Assembly: GCA_964610875.1 (NCBI GenBank)
Contig: CAZSWP010000012.1
Location: forward strand, 1-64,000
DNA: 64,000 bases
Direction of reading: 5' to 3'
Source: an uncultured archaeon
GTDB taxonomy: Archaea; Asgardarchaeota; Thorarchaeia; Thorarchaeales; Thorarchaeaceae
A program made the position numbers and the translations under genes. Below the pieces are notes generated by a model that saw only the letters and a list, made by a program, of their open reading frames with translations, did not search any database and was not told the DNA's origin. Of this stretch, positions 57,998 to 64,000 are shown one piece after another (the stretch's first letter is position 1; the number at the start of each line of letters is the position of its first letter).

Positions 57998-59317
57998 TTA
58001 GCACTGATATGGGAACACATAGCTCTCCTTCTTAGGAAAGAGGACTTCGAGGAGGTTCCTGTACCAGCCTCGTACTATGAAGTCGATGTCCATTTTATTG
58101 AGTTCATCAATCGTGTTTGCGCCTAGTATCAAGCGTACAAGACCCTTTGAAGGTATTCGTATCTCTGTCTTCTCATATATGTCTTGCATACCAATGTCCT
58201 TGATACTCTTAATCTTACCATTCACAAACTCGAGATGATAGCAATTGCGATATGTGTTGAGAAAGATATCTCGACTGAGTCCTTCAAACATTGTTCCTTT
58301 GATTCGTTCCTCAAGGACTGGTTGAATAGTCCTAAGAAAACGGACGACATTGGGAATCCTGACCATATATTTCCAACCCGACCACATCCGTCCGCCATAG
58401 TTGAGTACTATCTTGCAGAGATTAGACTCAAGTGCACTATGTGTAGCAAAATAATGACAATTCTTTTCTATCGTAGCTTCCTTCGCATAATAGAGAGCAC
58501 GCATCACAGAATCAATAGATCGAATACTTGACTCTAGAATCTCAGCACAATCACCATATGGAAAGAGTGAGTCATATTTGCGAAATACTATCTTGAAATA
58601 ACCATCAATTATCCCGTCCTTCTCCAGTATCATAGTGCGATAGGGGGTGCCAATTTCCATTTTGATGTTTTCTTGGGTTCTCCAGAGCTCTTTACTTCTG
58701 TGTCCTGTGACCAAGAATCTCTGTAGAAGTTCCTGATAGAGTGTTTCGATAGCATCCATATCTTGTTCATTTGCCTCTCTCACTGTTATCGACATGAAGT
58801 CTGGTGAGTCTTCTTCCTTGAGTTGTGGGAGTTGTGCGTTATGTAGAGTGACACCTCGGTTTAGTGGGATGATGAAGTCGTAACCAAAAGCGTGTCTATA
58901 GAAGTAAGGGATTCCCTGAATTGTAGAGATATCGTACTCTCCGTTTTGCAGTTCTCTCTCGAAGTAGGTGTATAGAACGCGAATCAATCCTTTCTTACGG
59001 TATTCAGGCTCAGTTCCAACATAACCAAGCTCAAGATTTCGAAGATGTACTCCATCATAGTTCCATATACTTGGTATGGCATTCACAGACGACACTATCT
59101 TTCCTGTAGATGAGTCACGAATGTAATAATTCATCTCCGGAGAGAAACCCGGCAGATGTTCGAGCCATCTTTCCAAGACCTCTGCTGATGTATCTTCGTG
59201 GATATGCGCATTGAATGCAATAAGTTCCTCCACTTCTTCATCGGTTTCAACGACACCAAACTCAAAACCATCAGGGAGATTCAACTCAGCTACATCTCTG
59301 ACCGTCATATCCATCAT
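57998..59317 (-). CDS. GNAT (Eis-like) acetyltransferase
   Basis: VGTEPEYRKKGL, GIPYFYR..GY, C-terminal SCP2-like region. Confidence 0.88.
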   Translation of the reverse strand: MMDMTVRDVAELNLPDGFEFGVVETDEEVEELIAFNAHIHEDTSAEVLERWLEHLPGFSPEMNYYIRDSSTGKIVSSVNAIPSIWNYDGVHLRNLELGYVGTEPEYRKKGLIRVLYTYFERELQNGEYDISTIQGIPYFYRHAFGYDFIIPLNRGVTLHNAQLPQLKEEDSPDFMSITVREANEQDMDAIETLYQELLQRFLVTGHRSKELWRTQENIKMEIGTPYRTMILEKDGIIDGYFKIVFRKYDSLFPYGDCAEILESSIRSIDSVMRALYYAKEATIEKNCHYFATHSALESNLCKIVLNYGGRMWSGWKYMVRIPNVVRFLRTIQPVLEERIKGTMFEGLSRDIFLNTYRNCYHLEFVNGKIKSIKDIGMQDIYEKTEIRIPSKGLVRLILGANTIDELNKMDIDFIVRGWYRNLLEVLFPKKESYVFPYQC

Positions 59318-59446
59318 CGAGCTTCGGATGCGAATATATCTTATCCTTAGCTATCTCCGCCAAAATATGGAACCTAGAAAATAATCTATGTTCACATGTT
59401 CAACAGCGACATTCTTAAAACTGGATTGTAGGCTGATTTCAACTGT

Positions 59447-59566
59447 GCCAGGGTAGCCAAGCCCGGTTTACGGCGGCAGCCTGGAAACGGCGGTCACTGA
59501 CGGCTGTTCGCCCAGGCAGCTGCTCTCCAATAGGAGGCATGAGTTCGAATCTCATCCCTGGCGCCA
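59447..59566 (+). tRNA. tRNA-Ser(GGA) with 31-nt intron at 37/38 (59487-59517)
   Basis: Acceptor GCCAGGG/CCCTGGC plus GCCA, anticodon stem GCAGC/GCTGC, bulge-helix-bulge CTGG-AAA/CCAG-GCA, long variable arm, TTCGAAT T-loop. Confidence 0.95.
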
Positions 59567-59567
59567 T

Positions 59568-60176
59568 CTACTCATTCTGTATTAGTGTGCTTAGAGCAAC
59601 TAGTCCTACAAACACTAGGGACCCGAAAACAGTATACCACTCAAGAAGTGGTCCACCTGTTGTAAATGCAAAGATAAAGGTTGAACCATCAAGAATAATA
59701 CCATAGAGGGCAAAGAGTCGATTGAAATCGGGATGGAATCCTAACGCGATACACAGAATCAGCAGGACAAAGAAGTTCAGTAGAAAAAAGATACTTGAAG
59801 CGGCCATGTGTGGTGCACCTTGGTCTTCTGAGAACACTCCTATCAAAATGAGTGCAACTCCTGATGCAAGCCCTAATACTTGTCCCACTATCATCACAGC
59901 TCGGTGCATTAGCTCTTGTCGGTGCCATCGGTAGAGGCCCACGAAGAATGGAAAAAGAGCAATACCTGTGACAATACATCCAATGTTGTAAAACCACGCA
60001 CCAAATGAACTGTAATTGAGATTTCCCAGACGGCTGAGGTAGTTGTCCCATGGCGTATACGGTAAAGGATAGAGTGCCCAAGATATCAGTGTGAACACAC
60101 AATAGAAGACAATGACCAATATGCCTCCAATAACTGACATGTCTCTCTTGATACTAAGTTCTCTCATCCATCTCAT
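59568..60176 (-). CDS. DUF998-family membrane protein
   Basis: NYLSRLG, GVFSED, H...S..FF, LEW; multiple TM helices. Confidence 0.82.
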   Translation of the reverse strand: MRWMRELSIKRDMSVIGGILVIVFYCVFTLISWALYPLPYTPWDNYLSRLGNLNYSSFGAWFYNIGCIVTGIALFPFFVGLYRWHRQELMHRAVMIVGQVLGLASGVALILIGVFSEDQGAPHMAASSIFFLLNFFVLLILCIALGFHPDFNRLFALYGIILDGSTFIFAFTTGGPLLEWYTVFGSLVFVGLVALSTLIQNE

Positions 60177-60181
60177 CTCCT

Positions 60182-61375
60182 CTAAATCAGCAGGTCTTCA
60201 AGTTCTCGTGGGTAGTCTGTTAGACACTCAATACCATCTTCAGTCACGACAAAAGTGTCACTGTGACGAAATCCGCCTAAGTGTCTCTCATAGATGCCCG
60301 GTTCACAGGAGAGAATCATGCCTGGTTTGAGCACTTCATCTGAACCGATGTCAAGAAATGGTCTCTCATGCCCCTCAAGTCCAAGACCATGTCCTGTGTG
60401 GTGTCGAACAAGCTCTAAGACTCCTCTCTCCTTGAATACCTTCCTGACTGCTTTATCGACCTCTGCGCATGGTACATCTGGTCCGGCAGCCTGAAATGCA
60501 GCGTCTTGAGCTTCAAGCATTATTCCAAAGAGTTTCTTTTGCCTATCATTAGGACTCCTCATGAACATCGTACGCTCTAGTTCTGACTGGATACCGTAGA
60601 CGTCAGAAGAAGCTCCTGTCACTAATGTGTCGCCTGGTGAGAATATGAGTCCTCTTGATAGTGCATGGGGAAAGAACGAGTTGGGCCCAATCTGCCCTCG
60701 ATAGAGTGCAATTGCAGGGAACATTGAGAAGCCAGTCGGTCTATATGCATGTCCCAGTTCCTTCACCATGTCTTCTGAACCTTGCGTACTTGCTCTTATT
60801 GTGACATCAATCTCATTGAGGCCAACTTCTGTGAAGCCTTGGAGATACGTATGAGCTCTTGCTGCCCATTTGCAGGACTCTCTCATCAATTTAATTTCTT
60901 CAGGGTCCTTAATCAACCTCATATTCGCGACAAGGTCTGATAATATCTTGAATTTGAGTCCGGTTGCACTCTCCAGACTAGGTCCCTGATAGCCCCAATA
61001 TGCAGGTGCTCCGTTCCCTTCTGCAGCTACCTTGTTAGGTTGTACCTTGAGTTCTTTATGGAGTATATCGGCAAGATGATACATTGGATGTTTCTCGTCA
61101 GGGTACTCAAAATACGAGAAAATCTCAGTCACAAAGGGGACCTGATGATGTATATGGTCAATCTCTAATGATGGTACAAAGAAGTAGACATCTCCCTTGT
61201 GTATGATTAGAAAGATAGGTCTCTCAGTTGGGATGAATGATAGCCCCGTGAGATAGAATATGTTCTTTGAATTGACAACGAGATAGGTCTCTAGATTCTT
61301 CTCGTCTAGGTCTTGTTTGACTCTCTCAATTCGCTTCTTATGATGATTTGGAGTAAGAAATGTGAGGCCCGGCAT
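60182..61375 (-). CDS. M24 family peptidase (Xaa-Pro/creatinase-like)
   Basis: N-terminal creatinase domain, RLIKDPEEI, HHTGHGLGL.GHE.P, EPGIY, GFRHSDT. Confidence 0.92.
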   Translation of the reverse strand: MPGLTFLTPNHHKKRIERVKQDLDEKNLETYLVVNSKNIFYLTGLSFIPTERPIFLIIHKGDVYFFVPSLEIDHIHHQVPFVTEIFSYFEYPDEKHPMYHLADILHKELKVQPNKVAAEGNGAPAYWGYQGPSLESATGLKFKILSDLVANMRLIKDPEEIKLMRESCKWAARAHTYLQGFTEVGLNEIDVTIRASTQGSEDMVKELGHAYRPTGFSMFPAIALYRGQIGPNSFFPHALSRGLIFSPGDTLVTGASSDVYGIQSELERTMFMRSPNDRQKKLFGIMLEAQDAAFQAAGPDVPCAEVDKAVRKVFKERGVLELVRHHTGHGLGLEGHERPFLDIGSDEVLKPGMILSCEPGIYERHLGGFRHSDTFVVTEDGIECLTDYPRELEDLLI

Positions 61376-61446
61376 CCTAACGCACCTTGTTCACAGCTCA
61401 TGTGAAACGAAGCAATAAAGGTTCTCAGACACGCTTCAGAATTGCA

Positions 61447-62154
61447 TTAGTCAACTTTACGGAAAACCATCACATACCTGATGAGATTCCCAAGCTGCCT
61501 TTCATAGACAAGTCCTGCTGCTTCACACCATTTACGCATGGTGCGTCGAAGGGGGTAGTCTGGATCCATGATCAACTCAGCATCGGCAAAGATACCATTT
61601 ACTTTTATGAACTGTTTCAGTTTCCTGATGACTTCAACAGGGTCTTGGATCTCAGGAATGACCGTCACAGAGAACACTCCATCTGTAATCTCCTCCTCCA
61701 GTGGAATCTCCTGTTCCGCATCAGCAAGAACCGGTATTATGTTCTCCACACCTTCCCGGTCCATCCTTGCTCGAAGTCTGTCCAATATACCTTGCTGAAT
61801 GTCCACAGCATATACAATACCGTTCGGTGCGATAGCCTTTGCTACCGCTATAGTATAGAAACCTGAACCACAACCAATCTCTACGAAGGTCATTCCCGGT
61901 TTGGCTTCCAATGCTTCAATGATCATTGATGGTGGCTGTACTCGTCTTCTATACGGTCCTGCTGCAATCGCATTCCCTATTCTGGCTGGTGCAGGGAACT
62001 TCCAGAAATACCGTATAGCACGGACAATTATGCATACCCAGAGAAAGAGTGCTAGAAAGATGAGAATAATAATCTCAATTATCCAATGAACCCCTACAAA
62101 GAGAAAGTCCTGCAGGAATAGTACTTGCTGAGGGATAACAGTCAAGGTAATCAC
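61447..62154 (-). CDS. Class I SAM-dependent methyltransferase with N-terminal TM
   Basis: VEIGCGSG, VYAVDIQ, ADAE. Confidence 0.88.
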   Translation of the reverse strand: MITLTVIPQQVLFLQDFLFVGVHWIIEIIILIFLALFLWVCIIVRAIRYFWKFPAPARIGNAIAAGPYRRRVQPPSMIIEALEAKPGMTFVEIGCGSGFYTIAVAKAIAPNGIVYAVDIQQGILDRLRARMDREGVENIIPVLADAEQEIPLEEEITDGVFSVTVIPEIQDPVEVIRKLKQFIKVNGIFADAELIMDPDYPLRRTMRKWCEAAGLVYERQLGNLIRYVMVFRKVD

Positions 62155-62155
62155 A

Positions 62156-62181
62156 GATACTGGGGACCGCCCCCCAATATC
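62156..62181 (-). terminator. Hairpin downstream of vhuA
   Basis: GATATTGGGG/CCCCAGTATC 10-bp stem (one G-U), 13 nt after the stop. Confidence 0.5.
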
Positions 62182-62193
62182 TTTTCGTATATT

Positions 62194-63504
62194 CTAAATC
62201 ATGGGATCTGGTAACTTGAGGCTCTCATGAGCTTTATCTTCAAAGACCTGTTTTGCAGTCGCAAGAAGACTCTTCTCAAGACCTGCTATGTTGTTATTTG
62301 TAGCAACGACCATGTTGACCTTGGTAATGATACCTCTCTCATCAGTCCAATAGTGATGAATCAATGTTCCACGAGGTGCTTCAAGACAACCCACACCGTT
62401 ACCTTTTCTGGGGTCAACATCTGTGAGCTTGACATCGGTACTCACTATCTCTGGATCCTTTAGCAACATCTCTATCTCTTCTATTGCTTGAACCAGTTCG
62501 ATAACGCGTGCCCAATGGTAAGCGAAGGTCGCATGGATTGGTCTACCCAGAGCATCTCGCATTTCTTGCAATGCCTCCTGTGCTATGGGTGTTCCCATCT
62601 TGTCTGCTACATTCACACGTGCCAATGAGTTAGCACGCCAGATTCCTTCTGGGTATCCAACTGGTTTGTAATAGATATGAGTGGCGTATGAATGGTTTGG
62701 CACGTATTCTCCGTAGTATTTACGATATTGCTTTGGAGAGAAGTCTTCGACAATCTTGCCATCAGGGTCCATGACCCGTAGCTTTCCATCAAAGATGTCC
62801 AATGCTCCATTATTGTGCATTCCAAGGTAATATGTTGGAACAACAGCAAGCTTGGTGATTGGGTCCCAGTAGTCCTGGACTACTTTTTTAGCTAGATCCA
62901 CGGTCTGAAGTGTCCATTCCTTTGCATCCTGCACACGTTTCAAATATTCATCACGTTTTTCTTCTGAGAACGGATTCAACATACCTCCTGGTGTTGCAGT
63001 GACAGGATGAATTGCTTTTCCTCCTATGGCTGCGCAGAGGTCCTGTCCGAATTGCATGACTTGTAACGCCATTTTTCCAACATCGGGGAGTGCCTTGATC
63101 ACTGACACAACATTTCGTGTTGCTGGGTCTGCAAAAGGTCCAGCTAAGAAATCAGGTGCCGCCAAGGCAAAGAAATGAATCGCATGACTACTGTACTGTT
63201 TCGCATTAATCAGTAATCGTCGCAACTTGACTGCAGCTGTAGGCGGAGTCACCTTCCACGCGGCTTCCACTGCTCTGACTGCTGCAATATGATGTGGTTC
63301 TGGACAGATTCCACAAATCCTTGGTGCAATTCTAGGGGCTTCCTCAGCAAACCTCCCCTCAAGGAACTTTTCAAAGAAGCGAGTACTGCTAACATTGAAC
63401 TGAACGTCCTTGACTTTCCCAGTCTTGGTCAGCTTGACAGTTATCTCACCATGGCCTTCTAGTCTGGTGACTGGTGCAATTCGAATTGTCTTCTCGTCAG
63501 TCAT
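62194..63504 (-). CDS. vhuA: F420-non-reducing [NiFe]-hydrogenase large subunit lacking the C-terminal CxxC (VhuA type)
   Basis: TRLEGHG, RFFEKF, PRICGIC, EAPRGTLIHHY, VATNNN; ends KLPDPMI* with no DPCxxC. Confidence 0.92.
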   Translation of the reverse strand: MTDEKTIRIAPVTRLEGHGEITVKLTKTGKVKDVQFNVSSTRFFEKFLEGRFAEEAPRIAPRICGICPEPHHIAAVRAVEAAWKVTPPTAAVKLRRLLINAKQYSSHAIHFFALAAPDFLAGPFADPATRNVVSVIKALPDVGKMALQVMQFGQDLCAAIGGKAIHPVTATPGGMLNPFSEEKRDEYLKRVQDAKEWTLQTVDLAKKVVQDYWDPITKLAVVPTYYLGMHNNGALDIFDGKLRVMDPDGKIVEDFSPKQYRKYYGEYVPNHSYATHIYYKPVGYPEGIWRANSLARVNVADKMGTPIAQEALQEMRDALGRPIHATFAYHWARVIELVQAIEEIEMLLKDPEIVSTDVKLTDVDPRKGNGVGCLEAPRGTLIHHYWTDERGIITKVNMVVATNNNIAGLEKSLLATAKQVFEDKAHESLKLPDPMI

Positions 63505-64000
63505 TTCTTATCCTTCTCCTTCTTCTTCCCGCTTATCTTTGAAAGGTATGATGTTGCATAATCTGTGAAATAGAACGACCCGATTGGGTCTGGAAATGCT
63601 GCTTCAAGCTCTTCAGGTTCCATGTCAGCTATTGAACCAAGAGCTGAAATGATTTTTGCACCATGGTCTGTAATTACAGGTGTTGGACCGAAGCAACCCT
63701 TACAGGGCGTATTGACTTTAGGACACTGAGCACCACACAGGCCTATGGTGGCAAAGCCAAGACAGAGGTATCCTTGGTCAAGTAAACATTTAGTAGGGTC
63801 TATGTGTCCCTCATGGGTCCGTTTGAACTTCTTAATATGCTTCTCCTCTCTCACCTTGTCACACTGATCACAGACAGTCTTGTTAGGCAAGTCATAAGGT
63901 TTGTTTGTCAGCAGAGCTGTGAGTGCCTCCAGTGTATTATCAGGTGTCGGAGGACAACCCGGAAGAATCACGTCACAGGGGACAATATCAGGATTGGGAG
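63501..64000 (-). CDS. vhuG: F420-non-reducing hydrogenase small subunit, C-terminal part (5' end outside window)
   Basis: LPGCPP, TVCDQC, CLLDQGYLCLG.AT...CGA.C, PC.GC.G. Confidence 0.92.
   Translation of the reverse strand, partial: PNPDIVPCDVILPGCPPTPDNTLEALTALLTNKPYDLPNKTVCDQCDKVREEKHIKKFKRTHEGHIDPTKCLLDQGYLCLGFATIGLCGAQCPKVNTPCKGCFGPTPVITDHGAKIISALGSIADMEPEELEAAFPDPIGSFYFTDYATSYLSKISGKKKEKDKK

Noticed and set aside
62156-62181. Archaeal SECIS after vhuA
   Set aside because: Simple stem-loop without the GAA/A internal loop or AUGA/GA core; treated as a terminator-like hairpin.
1-64000. CRISPR arrays, rRNA genes, intact transposases or integrases, prophage genes
   Set aside because: No repeat-spacer periodicity, rRNA-like segment or such protein motifs were seen by eye.

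Overview
Core-chromosomal window of an Asgard archaeon, most plausibly a Thorarchaeote (inference from archaeal information genes plus a two-domain gelsolin, a roadblock protein, a Get3/TRC40-like ATPase, an EMC3/DUF106 protein and selenocysteine machinery). It holds the end of the ribosomal superoperon (secY, adk, DUF106, rpl34e, cmk, rpl14e, cbf5), RNase P RNA, tsr3, tiaS, rps13/4/11, leuS, two TFB paralogs, a compact Sec cluster (PSTK, tRNA-Sec, an unknown gene, SepSecS, SelB), endA, rpoP, aIF1, MetAP2, GGGP synthase, geranylgeranyl reductase, a Cys-type HdrA, RNase Z, an intron-containing tRNA-Ser(GGA) and the end of a Vhu/Mvh hydrogenase operon whose large subunit lacks its C-terminal Ni-binding motif. 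Most notable unexplained items: an apparently ATPase-dead MCM-like paralog, a tail-anchored-type microprotein coupled to the Get3-like gene, an unknown gene inside the Sec operon, a structured 186-bp frame-preserving insertion splitting an Fpg glycosylase, and a candidate ~76-nt ncRNA sharing a 13-nt promoter-like motif with the rps13 operon. All calls are by-eye motif recognition; no searches were run. No CRISPR array, rRNA or intact transposase was seen.
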